The notes: generated by a model not told the origin, from the letters alone. Counted from the first letter of the stretch, positions 10,587-21,009 are shown. The stretch is 64,000 nucleotides of DNA from an uncultured cyanobacterium (GCA_963703315.1 OY969811.1:160001-224000); one strand, 5' to 3'. Program-made: numbers and translations.

Positions 10587-10609
10587 TAACTTTGCTGTTG
10601 GGTTTCCAC

Positions 10610-10697
10610 AAATTAAAAACCAGAGCCAAAATCTGTGGCGCACGCGCAGCGTGCGCCACAGATTTTGGGGTTTTATATTTAATTGCGCCCAGAGTTA
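10610..10697. repeat. Palindromic mini-element related to 8408-8505
   Basis: CCAAAATCTGTGGCGCACGC-gca-GCGTGCGCCACAGATTTTGG followed by the same GGTTTTATATTTAATTGCGCC tail. Confidence 0.75.
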
Positions 10698-10801
10698 CAA
10701 ATTCCACAATTAAGACCAGTGATCCTAAAGGAAAACAGACGATCTTGATTGAATATAGGATGTATTGGCTAGAATCTACCTAGCGTTCAACAACCGAGCC
10801 T

Positions 10802-12329
10802 GTGGTACAAATACTCGAAAATCCCTTACGGGTTGGTTTACAGCAAGAAAGAACCCCTGAGCCTTTGATCCTCGTGATCTTTGGGGCTTCGGGTGATTTG
10901 ACTATCCGAAAGCTTGTTCCAGCAATTTATAATCTCAAACAACAGCGTCGCCTCCCCCCCGAACTGACAATCGTTGGTGTGGCACGCAGACCTTGGAGTC
11001 ATGATTACTTCCGCGAACAAATGCGCGAGGGCATCGAAAAGTTCTCAGTGGGCATTGGGGCAGAAGCAATTTGGCAAGATTTTGCGGAGGGCTTGTATTA
11101 TCAATCCCTTGATATGAGTAATCTTGAGGATTATCGTAAACTCGATGAATTTTTAGGGAAACTGGACAAAGAAAGAGGCACTCGCGGTAATCGCGTCTTT
11201 TACTTAGCGGTTTCACCGAACTACTTTACCGATGCGATCGAGAAGTTAGGTGAGGCGGGCATGATTAAAAATCCTCAGAAAACCCGACTGGTGATTGAGA
11301 AACCCTTCGGTCGTGATTTGTCATCATGTCAAGACTTAAATCGCGTCGTCCAGAAATCCTGTGACGAAAAACAGATTTATCGGATTGATCATTACTTAGG
11401 TAAGGAAACTGTTCAAAATCTTTTGGTGCTGCGGTTTGCCAATGCGATTTTTGAACCGTTATGGAATCGGCAGTTTATCGACCATATCCAAATTACAGTT
11501 GCAGAAACTGTCGGTGTTGAAGATCGGGCTGGCTATTACGAAAACTCTGGCGCACTCAGAGATATGTTGCAAAACCATTTGATGCAACTATTTTGCTTGA
11601 CGGCAATGGAACCGCCCAATTCTCTGGATGCTGACTCCCTACGCAATGAAAAGGTGAAGGTCATTCAGGCAACCCAACTCGCTGATACCCGATACTTAGA
11701 GCGATCGGCAGTGCGGGCGCAATATAGCGAGGGTTGGATGAAGGGCAAACAGGTGGAAGGCTATCGCCATGAGCCAAATGTAAATCCTGATTCCCTTGTA
11801 CCGACCTACGTTGCGATGAAGTTTGAGGTCAATAATTGGCGTTGGCAAGGCGTTCCCTTTTACTTGAGAACGGGCAAGCGGATGCCAAAAAAAGTCAGCG
11901 AAATTGCCATTCAGTTTCGTGATGTGCCTTATTTACTGTTTCAGTCGGCGGCTAAACAGGTATCACCAAATGTGTTGACGTTAAGGATTCAACCCAATGA
12001 GGGGATTGCCCTAAAGTTCGAGGCAAAAATGCCAGGGGCTGACCTGCGATCGCGATCGGTCGAAATGGACTTCGGCTATGGCAAAACCTTTGGTATTGAA
12101 GGCTCCGATGCTTACGATCGCCTTTTGTTAGACTGTATGTTAGGCGATCAGACTCTATTTACCCGTGGTGATGAAGTGGAAGCTGCTTGGAAAGTGGTGA
12201 CACCAGCGCTTACTGCATGGGAAATGCCCAACGATCCCAGCGTTGTTCCGCAATATGAGGCAGGAACTTGGCCCTTCTGAAGCTGAACAACTGATCGAAC
12301 GTGATGGGCGACAGTGGCGAAGACTTTGA
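10802..12329 (+). CDS. zwf: Glucose-6-phosphate 1-dehydrogenase with an apparent frameshift at ~12271
   Basis: [15 protein letters not shown] and EKPFG motifs. The ORF stops at 12280, but the expected C-terminus [18 protein letters not shown] continues in another frame to 12329. Confidence 0.95.
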
Positions 12330-12331
12330 TC

Positions 12332-12444
12332 AATTACGAATTATGAATTACGAATTACGAATTAATCACTCTGAAATTCGTAATTCGTAATTCGTAATTT
12401 CTAACTCCTAATTTCTAATTCGTAATTCGTAATTTCTAACTCCT
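12332..12444. repeat. Heptamer tandem repeats (STRR-like) in inverted arrangement
   Basis: (AATTACG)n followed by (TTCGTAA)n and TTTCTAA/CTCCTAA heptamers, between zwf and opcA. Confidence 0.85.
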
Positions 12445-13569
12445 ATGAATACGCAAGCAACTTCTGTTGTATCTTTGCAAGCTCCCAAAGATGTCTCAGT
12501 ATCTCAAGTCGAAGCTGAGCTAAGTAAAATCTGGCAGTCTCATGGCGACAGTTCAGCCGTTCGTGCCACCACGTTTAATCTGTTGGTTTACGAACCAGAA
12601 ACAATGGGTACTGCATCACGGATGGCTTCTGTGGATGCGATCGTTTCTCAAAGCCCCTGTAGAGTCATCGATCTTGTGACTCTGGATGAGGAAGATCAAG
12701 GTATCTCGGCTCAAGTGGCAGCCTATTGCCCGATTCAAAAAAGCCGTAGTTCCTTGGTTTGTGGTGAATATATCACCCTCAGTGGGGCAAAACGTGCTTT
12801 TGATCGCGTCCATAGCATTCTTCCAGAGTTACTGATCCCCGACTTACCTGTATTTTTGTGGTGGAAGGATAGCCCTGCACCAAATACAAGGATGTTTGAG
12901 AAGCTGGTCAATTTAAGCGATCGCCTCATTATGGACTCAGCAGCATTCGGCAATTCTGAAGCAGATTTGCTTAAAGTTCAGGGCATGGTGAAATCAGGCA
13001 CGCAAATTGCTGATCTAAATTGGCAACGTCTTGCACCTTGGCAAGAACTTACGGCTCAAGCCTTTGACCAACCCGATCGCCGTGCTGCCGTTTGGGAAAT
13101 TGATGGCATCACCATTGATTACGAACGTGGTAACAGTACCCAAGCTCTGATGTTTCTTGGCTGGATCGCTAGTCGTCTGGGATGGGAACCGATTGAGCGT
13201 ACTAAAGAGGGTGGTGATTACGATATTCAGCACATTATGTTTGAAGGTCGCAACCACATCAAAATCAATGCTGAATTAGCGGCGATCCCCATTGGTGATG
13301 TCGGTGAAGTCATTGGCGATCTCATTGGTTTACGCTTAACCGCATCGAATCAAAATACCGATGCTTGTAATGTGTTCTGCTCGGAGTCCACAGGTTGTAT
13401 GCGGATGGAAGCTGGTGGTGGAGCGCAAAACTATCGTGTCCATCAAGTATCACCGTTGTCTGATCAAAGTGTGGATACCTTGCTTGGTCAACAATTACAA
13501 CGTTGGGGTCAAGAGGTTCTCTATGAGGAAAGTCTCGAACTTACGGCAAAAATCCTCGCCATAATATAA
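12445..13569 (+). CDS. opcA: G6PDH assembly/allosteric protein OpcA
   Basis: Directly after zwf; RATTFNLLVYEP, PCRVI, AYCPI and DLPVFLWW motifs. Confidence 0.93.
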   Translation: MNTQATSVVSLQAPKDVSVSQVEAELSKIWQSHGDSSAVRATTFNLLVYEPETMGTASRMASVDAIVSQSPCRVIDLVTLDEEDQGISAQVAAYCPIQKSRSSLVCGEYITLSGAKRAFDRVHSILPELLIPDLPVFLWWKDSPAPNTRMFEKLVNLSDRLIMDSAAFGNSEADLLKVQGMVKSGTQIADLNWQRLAPWQELTAQAFDQPDRRAAVWEIDGITIDYERGNSTQALMFLGWIASRLGWEPIERTKEGGDYDIQHIMFEGRNHIKINAELAAIPIGDVGEVIGDLIGLRLTASNQNTDACNVFCSESTGCMRMEAGGGAQNYRVHQVSPLSDQSVDTLLGQQLQRWGQEVLYEESLELTAKILAII

Positions 13570-13599
13570 AAAGAAGGCTCGCTGTGCGAGCCTTCTTTT
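13569..13599 (+). terminator. Intrinsic terminator after opcA
   Basis: AAAAGAAGGCTCGC-tgt-GCGAGCCTTCTTTT. Confidence 0.8.
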
Positions 13600-13601
13600 A
13601 A

Positions 13602-13736
13602 TTAGGACTTACGCAAATCAATCAAGAACTAAAGTTCTTGGCTTAAAGCTAAAGTCGGCTAAAGCAGACTACATCCCATTTCCGATCAACCCGTTTTAAC
13701 GGGTTTAAGCTTTCAGCCCGTAATTTATTACAGGGC
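13602..13736. repeat. Cluster of short hairpins, probable mobile-element remnant
   Basis: Begins TAGGACTTACGCA; contains hairpins CAAGAACT/AGTTCTTG, AACCCGTTTTAACGGGTT and GCCCGTAAT/ATTACAGGGC. Confidence 0.45.
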
Positions 13737-13760
13737 TATTACTTTTTAAAATTCTTCTTT

Positions 13761-14087
13761 TTAAAATTCTTCGATTTCCAATTGTCCAACAATAAAAGCG
13801 ACACAGCCGAAAGCAAAGGTAATTGGCAGTGGATTTTTGAAAATAAAGCTAAAGATTGATGCTAAACAGGAAATAGCGATCGCTGCAAATGTCCAAGATT
13901 TTTCATCATCGCTCATACCTTTAGCCTTTTTAATTTTACGAAGGGTGGCATTTGGTATTGGCAATGGCATTACCGAGCTTGGTGGAAACGCCCAATAATT
14001 ACAGCAGCGTTCAACAAATAGGTCAGTCCAGCCATTCTCTTGACACCATTCATCAATCCATTCATCCCGAAAACGCTTCATATACAA
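13761..14087 (-). CDS. Cyanobacterial-type hypothetical membrane protein
   Basis: EWIDEWCQENGWTDLF...YWAFPPSSVMPLPIP followed by two C-terminal TM segments. Confidence 0.75.
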   Translation of the reverse strand: MYMKRFRDEWIDEWCQENGWTDLFVERCCNYWAFPPSSVMPLPIPNATLRKIKKAKGMSDDEKSWTFAAIAISCLASIFSFIFKNPLPITFAFGCVAFIVGQLEIEEF

Positions 14088-14252
14088 AAATTATCAGTAG
14101 TTCTCTAAACAGAGAAACATGAGCGGCACTTGAGTGCTACTCATGTTTCTTGTACTTAGGTTATCAGCAGATTCTATGATTGGAGGATAAGTTACAAAAA
14201 CTTAAAGATGCATAGCATCTTTAAGTTTTTGAATTGGTATTATGGTCTAGAT

Positions 14253-14549
14253 TTATTGTTTCGCTTCAACGTTTACGAATGAGTTGTCACACATATCGAA
14301 AACTGTAGTTTTCCCCGTCGCTAAAGATGACGTTAAATAATATTTACTAATTTTACCTTGGGTATTACGACGATTGACTTGGACATCTCTGACTGTCTTG
14401 CTAGTCGCATTGGTTGCTGTGTAGGTTACACAGTTGGGTCTAGAAGATTGTGTTGTTGATATAGAAAGGTAAACAATTGGGGATTGAGATTGAGCAATGA
14501 TTTGGACTTGGGCGGATTGAACTGGCAAACTTAGAAATAAGTCAAGCAT
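14253..14549 (-). CDS. Hypothetical small protein, possibly secreted
   Basis: 98-aa ORF in otherwise empty space, with two Cys; no recognised family. Confidence 0.5.
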   Translation of the reverse strand: MLDLFLSLPVQSAQVQIIAQSQSPIVYLSISTTQSSRPNCVTYTATNATSKTVRDVQVNRRNTQGKISKYYLTSSLATGKTTVFDMCDNSFVNVEAKQ

Positions 14550-14597
14550 AATTTTTAGAATATCATGATCTAATTTATAGATATTCCCCTCTAAAAA

Positions 14598-14815
14598 CCC
14601 ACATTCCGCTCTTATTTTACTGAAAAAAATATTTAGAAAACAAATCCTTATACAGTAAGTATTTTGGGCTTTCGTCAGAAAAATACCACTATCTTAATAT
14701 TGTCAATAATGACGTACTAATAGGAGTCATTATCATTAATTTTCCAGAAAATCGCTGAAACCCTCATTGTCTCGTTGTAAATATTTTTAGGCCTCCATTA
14801 CGAGCGGAATGTGGG
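14598..14815. mobile_element. 218-bp MITE, copy 1 (IS1634-like ends)
   Basis: 14-bp TIR CCCACATTCCGCTC/GAGCGGAATGTGGG; 6-bp direct repeat TAAAAA on both sides; near-identical to 50857-51074. Confidence 0.92.
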
Positions 14816-14890
14816 TAAAAATTAATGTTAGCTTGTTTTAGGTATAAAAAACCTGATAAATAAAATCAAGTAACTAATAAATAACTAAAC

Positions 14891-15595
14891 TCAAATACTC
14901 AATTGTGTAACTGCAATGTTTCCAGAGAAGCAAACATCAACATCGGTATTGGGGGAGCGATCGCGTTGATTGTAGAGACCTGAATAGGTAACTTGATCGC
15001 CATTCACCTTAAAAGCTAAGGGCAATGGTTGACTCGACTTTTTGCAAAATATAAGTTCAGGCCTCTTCTGAAGTTCATCAGTTGTCAAATGGGGCAAATT
15101 CACATTCCAATAGGACTGGGACGGTAATTTAATTTCTAGAAGCTGCTGAATAACTCTCGCGGTAGTCTCTGCTGCCCAAGCCCAATCAAAAGCCTTATGC
15201 CGATCGCGATAATGGGAAATAGCGATCGCAGGAATATTATGAAAAGCTGCTTCCCTCACTGCTGCGACTGTCCCTGACATATAGACATCCACGCCCATAT
15301 TGCCGCCATGATTGATTCCCGAAAGTACCAGTTGCACATCACTATATAAATGCGCGATCGCCACCCTTACACAGTCCGCAGGTGAGCCATCAATGGCATA
15401 GGCATGATCCCCCAGATCATCACGTTTGTTAATCGCGATCGGTGCGTGCGTGGTTACTTGATGTCCACATCCCGAATACTGCCGTGATGGGGCAGCGATC
15501 GCCCCCTTCCGTCCAAACACTAATTCCGTAGCTTTTTGCAAAGACCAAATGCCCTCAGCATCAATGCCATCGTCATTAGTCAAAATAATTGTCAT
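14891..15595 (-). CDS. surE: 5'/3'-nucleotidase SurE
   Basis: ILTNDDGI, GSPADCV and SGINHGGNMG...SGTVAA motifs. Confidence 0.93.
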   Translation of the reverse strand: MTIILTNDDGIDAEGIWSLQKATELVFGRKGAIAAPSRQYSGCGHQVTTHAPIAINKRDDLGDHAYAIDGSPADCVRVAIAHLYSDVQLVLSGINHGGNMGVDVYMSGTVAAVREAAFHNIPAIAISHYRDRHKAFDWAWAAETTARVIQQLLEIKLPSQSYWNVNLPHLTTDELQKRPELIFCKKSSQPLPLAFKVNGDQVTYSGLYNQRDRSPNTDVDVCFSGNIAVTQLSI

Positions 15596-15671
15596 GGATT
15601 TTTGCTTATCCCACTTAGTGCTGATTGATTAAAGAATCGCACCCTGCGCTTCTTTAACCAATTTCTGATTA

Positions 15672-15751
15672 AAGAAGCAAGAATTTTTAAAAGTGTTGCG
15701 GAGCAACACTTTTAAAAATTCTTGCTTCGGGTCTGAGCGCAAAGCGCTGTA
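15672..15751. repeat. Palindromic mini-element, family C
   Basis: AAAAGTGTTGC-gga-GCAACACTTTT core shared with 55729-55787; TGAGCGCAAAGCGCTG tail shared with ~58520-58602. Confidence 0.7.
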
Positions 15752-15755
15752 GAAA

Positions 15756-15974
15756 TTAAGCTGCTTGTTCTTCCAATTGATCTTTGTGCAGCCAAATTAC
15801 AGGGGTTGGTACTTTACCAAACTTGATTTGGACATAATCGCCTCGAAACTCCACAACTTCACCCCATGTCTCAAAAATGTAAGGTGACCAACGGGTATCA
15901 TTTGCCGTTGCTTCAGGGCTATTGTCTAGCTTTTCACGAATTGCGCGAACAAGTGTACCTTTTTTCAGTGCCAT
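15756..15974 (-). CDS. ndhO: NDH-1 subunit O
   Basis: [16 protein letters not shown]...YIFETWGEV...[14 protein letters not shown]. Confidence 0.9.
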   Translation of the reverse strand: MALKKGTLVRAIREKLDNSPEATANDTRWSPYIFETWGEVVEFRGDYVQIKFGKVPTPVIWLHKDQLEEQAA

Positions 15975-16015
15975 AGTATTTACTGCAACAAATTATTAAT
16001 AATTTAAAACTTCTC

Positions 16016-16112
16016 AGTAGCTGGGCATAGTTAAAAACCAAAACCAGAGCTTGTGCCGCCCGCGTAGCGGGCGGTACAAGCTTCTAGGTTTTAAGTTATG
16101 CCTAGCTACTTA
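16016..16112. mobile_element. Palindromic mini-element, family A
   Basis: AGTAGCTGGGCATA...TATGCCTAGCTACTTA ends; central GCGTAGC-capped palindrome. Confidence 0.7.
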
Positions 16113-16182
16113 CTAGGTATTGTATAGCAAACCCCAAATAATTTTTTGTTAGGATAGGCTGCATGAATTGGGGCTAACTGCT

Positions 16183-16428
16183 ATGTGTATCTGCATTAAC
16201 TGCACCTATGTCGATCGCTGCATTACTTATCACTCGGTTGAGTCACTCCATCTCCAACCACATTTAACTGATACTCCTGACTTTGAGGCAACTTCACCAA
16301 CAATTAATGTCAACATCAAAACCTCTGAAGATATTCAAATGGAATGGGATGTTGTGGGTTGTGAGAGCTTTTCTCCTGAGATGGGAAAATGGAGCAAATT
16401 GCGTCCGGGGGAACTTGTTCCCACTTAA
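16183..16428 (+). CDS. ycf34: Ycf34 Fe-S protein
   Basis: MCICINCTYVDRCITYH...EWDVVGCESF...GKWSKLRPG; start placed at ATG 16183. Confidence 0.9.
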   Translation: MCICINCTYVDRCITYHSVESLHLQPHLTDTPDFEATSPTINVNIKTSEDIQMEWDVVGCESFSPEMGKWSKLRPGELVPT

Positions 16429-16519
16429 GCATTTGGATCTGGCTGCAAAGAATCGCGCAGAGCATGATTCTTTGCAGTCCAAAGCGGCTTAAGATACCTC
16501 AAGAGCAAATTAGGATTTC

Positions 16520-17500
16520 ATGACCATAGTGATCAAGCCATTTTTGTTATGTGCTTTGCTAGGATTATCTTTTAGCGATTATTTTCTGCCCAATGTTAAA
16601 GATGTTGACCACAGCGATCAGATTCTCGTAACTGCGGAAAACCCAATATCTACAATGAAATCCCGATCGCCAGATTTTGAGAATCATCTGGCGATCGCTG
16701 ATGCTTCTGCCGAGAAACGAGAATATCAGAGATTAATGCAGTCATTGATGCAGACACTAGGCGATCGCCCATTAGCTGAATTAACCATAGATAAAGCTCT
16801 CCAAACTGTTTCCACTAAATTTCTGGGAGCAACCTATCGCGAAGGTTTGTTAGATCAAAGCGAAACCGAAAAATTATTTGTTTCACTCACAGAATTCGAC
16901 TGTGTACTATTTGTAGAGACAGTTTTAGCATTCTCTCGTAATTTACTTTCAGCCAATCCAAGTTATGAGAATTTTGTCGAAAATATCCAAACCGTGAGAT
17001 ATACAGATGGCAAACTAGACGGCTATTGTAGTCGTCTGCATTATTTCTCAGAATGGATACGTGATAATCAAAAGCGCAACATCGTCAGGGATATAACCGC
17101 CGATTTAGGAGGGATTTCATTATCCAAAACCCTAAATTTTATGAGTAGCAATTGGCAAAAATATCCCCGTCTCAAGAACAGTGAAGCCAATTATCAATGC
17201 ATTGTGGCAATGGAAAAGAGAATGGAACTAGAAATGCGATCGCAACCCTTACGATATATTCCATCGCATCAAATTCATGGGATTTATCCATTACTAAAAT
17301 CTGGTGATATTGTCGCTGTAGTAACCGATATCAAAGGACTAGATGCCACCCATACAGGGCTTGCTTATCCCACATCTAATGGCATTGGCTTCATCCATGC
17401 ATCACCATCAGGCAAAGTAAAGGTTTCTGCTGATCTTCAGCGTTATGTGGAAAGAGTTGATCATGCGATCGGGATTATGGTTGCCCGTCCTGAATATTAG
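16520..17500 (+). CDS. DUF1460 / amidase-like (NlpC/P60 superfamily) exported protein
   Basis: FDCVLFVE, SRLHYFSEW, GLDATHTG and FIHAS motifs; N-terminal signal-like segment. Confidence 0.8.
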   Translation: MTIVIKPFLLCALLGLSFSDYFLPNVKDVDHSDQILVTAENPISTMKSRSPDFENHLAIADASAEKREYQRLMQSLMQTLGDRPLAELTIDKALQTVSTKFLGATYREGLLDQSETEKLFVSLTEFDCVLFVETVLAFSRNLLSANPSYENFVENIQTVRYTDGKLDGYCSRLHYFSEWIRDNQKRNIVRDITADLGGISLSKTLNFMSSNWQKYPRLKNSEANYQCIVAMEKRMELEMRSQPLRYIPSHQIHGIYPLLKSGDIVAVVTDIKGLDATHTGLAYPTSNGIGFIHASPSGKVKVSADLQRYVERVDHAIGIMVARPEY

Positions 17501-17536
17501 CCAAAAACTGCAAAGCAGTTTTTGGCTAATATTCAG

Positions 17537-18514
17537 CTAATATTCAGATCGTCTAATCGTTAAACAAGCCCATTCTTGACGTTTCCAAAAAGTAGCGATT
17601 ACCCATTTATGAGCATCAAGTGCTTCGGCAACCTTGGGTACTTGCTCGACTAAAATTCCACTTAAGATTCCCCAACCATGTTCATCGACGAGCTTATCGA
17701 AATAGGGAACCATCTCTACGATGATATCCGCAAGGATATTACAAGTAAAACCATTGGCAGGAGCAGGCATATTCGCAATCAAATCTTGAATACTACCTTC
17801 TGCAACCCAGATTTTTTCTTCAGGGATATTATTGAGTTCGCGATTGTGATTAGTTGCTTTGATCGCCAAAATATCATTGTCGATCGCATAAGTCTGCCCC
17901 GCACCAATTAGCAATGCACCAATACTGAGAATCCCTGAACCACAACCCACATCGGCAACTACCACATTATCTTCAGGCTTGACACCCCAAAGCCGCATTT
18001 CTAAGGCTTCTAAACAAAGCTGCGTTGTCGCATGAGCGCCTGTACCAAACGCACTACCGGGGTCAAGACGTAAAATTTTGCGATCGCCATCGGTGGGTGG
18101 ATCAATCCAAGCAGGATAAATGACCAACATATCGCCAATTTCCTGTGGACTCCAATGTTGTTTCCAGCTAGACGACCAATCCTCGTCATTAATTACAGTC
18201 CATTGCGTAGTTGGCGCTTCATAATCAATCGCGATCGCATCTTGCTTGAGCCATAGCGCTAATGCCGCCAGATCTAAGACATTCCCCTTCTCGACGGGCA
18301 AATAGCTACTTACGCGCATCTGACCATCTTTTTTTTGGCTTGCCATACCTTGACAGCCAAAACTTTGTAATCGCCAAAAAATTTGCTCTTCTAGAGTTTG
18401 GTCGGCGATAACTTGGATTTCCCACCAACTGTTATTTGAGGTAATCATCGAAGGTGACATCTGGCGCTTATGACTATGGTATGAATGATTGTATTTGGAG
18501 CTAGGCGATCGCAC
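17537..18514 (-). CDS. prmA: Ribosomal protein L11 methyltransferase (true start may be slightly downstream)
   Basis: LDPGSAFGTGAHATT, DVGCGSGILS and NILA motifs. Confidence 0.92.
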   Translation of the reverse strand: MRSPSSKYNHSYHSHKRQMSPSMITSNNSWWEIQVIADQTLEEQIFWRLQSFGCQGMASQKKDGQMRVSSYLPVEKGNVLDLAALALWLKQDAIAIDYEAPTTQWTVINDEDWSSSWKQHWSPQEIGDMLVIYPAWIDPPTDGDRKILRLDPGSAFGTGAHATTQLCLEALEMRLWGVKPEDNVVVADVGCGSGILSIGALLIGAGQTYAIDNDILAIKATNHNRELNNIPEEKIWVAEGSIQDLIANMPAPANGFTCNILADIIVEMVPYFDKLVDEHGWGILSGILVEQVPKVAEALDAHKWVIATFWKRQEWACLTIRRSEY

Positions 18515-18550
18515 GAAGCGCTGAATATCGTAACAATTTTTAGCTCTATT

Positions 18551-18952
18551 TTAGTCCTGAATATATTCTTGTTGCTGCAACAACGCTAATTCTGCTCGTT
18601 GTGCTTCCCGTCCCAGATAGGCAGCATGGTCGAATAGTGTAACAGGACAGGGTTGTGTTTTTTCAAAGATTTCCACACAAAGTTCCTTCGCAGTTCTACC
18701 TGTAAATAACTGCACCGCTTGACGATCAACCTTGCCTTTAGCAGGAATTGGCTTGCCAGTTTCAGGATCAACCGCTAACCCTTGGTCATTGATGATATTG
18801 CTATAGTGTTTGGCACAAATTAAATTTTGTTGACGATCAACATAAATAATGAAGTAACCACTAGGATCGAGAGCTAGCGATCGCTTAGATAATTGATCAT
18901 CAATTGTTTGGATTTGTTGGGCAAGAGTATTTGTTTCAGCAGTCAAATTCAT
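18551..18952 (-). CDS. DUF4346 family protein
   Basis: LDPSGYFII, GRTAKEL and HAAYLGRE...YIQD motifs. Confidence 0.8.
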   Translation of the reverse strand: MNLTAETNTLAQQIQTIDDQLSKRSLALDPSGYFIIYVDRQQNLICAKHYSNIINDQGLAVDPETGKPIPAKGKVDRQAVQLFTGRTAKELCVEIFEKTQPCPVTLFDHAAYLGREAQRAELALLQQQEYIQD

Positions 18953-19019
18953 TAACTTAAGGACAAGAGAATATTTTTTAATTATTCATAATCATACGGC
19001 TTAACACTATACAATTCAC

Positions 19020-19165
19020 AACCGAAGAAGTGAGTGACAGCGCGAAGCACTACCACTCACTTCTTCGGTTTGTATGCTGACTATAGTTATAAAACCCATT
19101 CATAGAGTTGCGGCGCGAAGCGCCGCAACTCTATGAATGGGTTAACTTGTTTGGCTATGGCTATA
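19020..19165. repeat. Two adjacent GCGAAGC-capped palindromes; the second is a family B variant
   Basis: 19020-19070 and 19082-19165; the latter shares GAGTTGCGGCGCGAAGCGCCGCAACTC and the GGCTATGGCTATA end with 50187-50301. Confidence 0.75.
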
Positions 19166-19235
19166 CAAGCTATACAATGAAGTACAACAGATTGATAGTA
19201 AATATCGTAAGCCTATACCTAGAGAGGCGATCGCC

Positions 19236-20939
19236 ATGCCAGCCAAAGTACTAGATGGACGTTACAAACTGATTAAGCAAATCGGTGCAGGCGGATTTGG
19301 GCATACATTTATTGCGAGAGATATGCGTCGTCCAGGATCGCCTCCCTGTGTCGTCAAGCAACTCAAGCCTGCTAGTGATGATCCTAACTTTATTCGTGAG
19401 GCAAGACGGCTATTTAACACTGAGGCGGAAACTCTCGAAAAGCTGGGCAGGCATGACCAAATTCCGCAATTACTCGCTTATTTTGAAGAAGATAAACAGT
19501 TCTTTTTGGTACAAGAATTTATAGAAGGGCGATCGCTGCATGAGGAACTGAAAGCACCTTCACTGGAAGTGTCAGACCTAGAAAATCAGCCACAAGATCG
19601 GATTCTTGCTGAGCTAGAAAATATTGATGAGCCAGTTAGAGATAAACAACTAAGTGAAGTTGAAGTTCTCCAGATTCTCAAAGATGTTCTTGAGGTTTTG
19701 GAATTTGTACATTCCGAAGGTGTGATTCATCGCGATATTAAACCTGATAATTTAATTCGGCGGAAGAAAGATCAAAAAATTGTGCTGATTGATTTTGGTG
19801 CAGTCCGTGCCATGCAAGACTCGAATACGCAACTAACAGCAAATGAAAAAGGGGAATCACGCTTTACAGTCACCATTGGTACACCTGGTTATATGCCCAG
19901 TGAGCAATGTGCAGGCAGACCAAATTATAGTAGTGATATTTATGCATTAGGCATGGTAGCGATTAAGGCGATCACGGGCTATGGACCTACGGATTTACCG
20001 ACTGATCCTGCTACAGGTGAACTAGTCTGGCGGGATAAAGCTAAGGTTAGTAATGGTTTAGCAATGGTTTTGACGCGCATGGTTCGTTATCACTATACGC
20101 AGCGCTATCAATCCGTTCGCGAAGTCAAACAAGGTGTGAGTACTTTTGCCACGATGACCGAAGTGGAACGACAAGCAACGACAAGCAAGCTTGCCAAAAC
20201 AATATTGACAAATCCCAAGAGCTTAGCTAGTAATAATGCTGCTGATACCTACCAGTCTAGCTCTCAAAATCGTCGATCAGTGCCTGTATCAAATTCTGCT
20301 AGTTCTAATTCAGGAGTTCTATTTCTCTTTGGAGGACTATTGGCAGTTGTGGCAGTAGTGGCTGCTTTTGCTCTGCCAGTGATGATGCGAAATAATCAAT
20401 CATCGGTCATTGTCAACAATCCACCAATTCTGACTAAACCGATTCCCCCTGAAGCTAGTCCTACCACATCTCCAACAACAACTTCCAATCAACCTGTCAA
20501 TCAGGCAATTAATTTAGAAGTGAATAAAGAGTTGACAATCCCTCAAACTATGTTTGAGAATTCTGTTCATACCTACACGATTCAAGCAAAGGCTGGGCAA
20601 GTTTTCAATACTGCGGTTACAGGTGGATTATTCATTACGGTTCTTAATGATCAGGGGCTATCTTTACCTAATGCCGCTAATGTCGCTAGTGCCAATGTAA
20701 CGATCGCTGCTGATGGCACATATACAGTGCAACTAAGAGGAACCGCAGGTAGTGCTGAAGTTCCCTATCAATTAACACTTGGGCTAAAAGATAATGCGAT
20801 CGCGCAACCGACCGCAGTTCCTAGTCAAAGTCCTGTAGCTTCTCCATTGGCATCACCAACGACAGGAACTCCACCTGCGCCAACTTCATCTCCTACAGCA
20901 ACCCCAGCACCACAAATAGAAATTAAAGTTAAAAACTAA
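19236..20939 (+). CDS. Membrane Ser/Thr protein kinase with extracytoplasmic beta domain
   Basis: GAGGFG, VVKQL, HRDIKPDN, DFG and GTPGY motifs; one TM segment; Pro/Thr-rich linkers. Confidence 0.93.
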   Translation: MPAKVLDGRYKLIKQIGAGGFGHTFIARDMRRPGSPPCVVKQLKPASDDPNFIREARRLFNTEAETLEKLGRHDQIPQLLAYFEEDKQFFLVQEFIEGRSLHEELKAPSLEVSDLENQPQDRILAELENIDEPVRDKQLSEVEVLQILKDVLEVLEFVHSEGVIHRDIKPDNLIRRKKDQKIVLIDFGAVRAMQDSNTQLTANEKGESRFTVTIGTPGYMPSEQCAGRPNYSSDIYALGMVAIKAITGYGPTDLPTDPATGELVWRDKAKVSNGLAMVLTRMVRYHYTQRYQSVREVKQGVSTFATMTEVERQATTSKLAKTILTNPKSLASNNAADTYQSSSQNRRSVPVSNSASSNSGVLFLFGGLLAVVAVVAAFALPVMMRNNQSSVIVNNPPILTKPIPPEASPTTSPTTTSNQPVNQAINLEVNKELTIPQTMFENSVHTYTIQAKAGQVFNTAVTGGLFITVLNDQGLSLPNAANVASANVTIAADGTYTVQLRGTAGSAEVPYQLTLGLKDNAIAQPTAVPSQSPVASPLASPTTGTPPAPTSSPTATPAPQIEIKVKN

Positions 20940-20940
20940 T

Positions 20941-20991
20941 CAAAACCCAAATAGATGGCGGCGCTTCGCGCCGCCATCTATTTGGGTTTTG
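20941..20991. repeat. Perfect palindrome with GCGAAGC cap (minus strand)
   Basis: CAAAACCCAAATAGATGGCGGCGC-ttc-GCGCCGCCATCTATTTGGGTTTTG. Confidence 0.8.
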
Positions 20992-21009
20992 CTATAAGCG
21001 GGGAAAACC

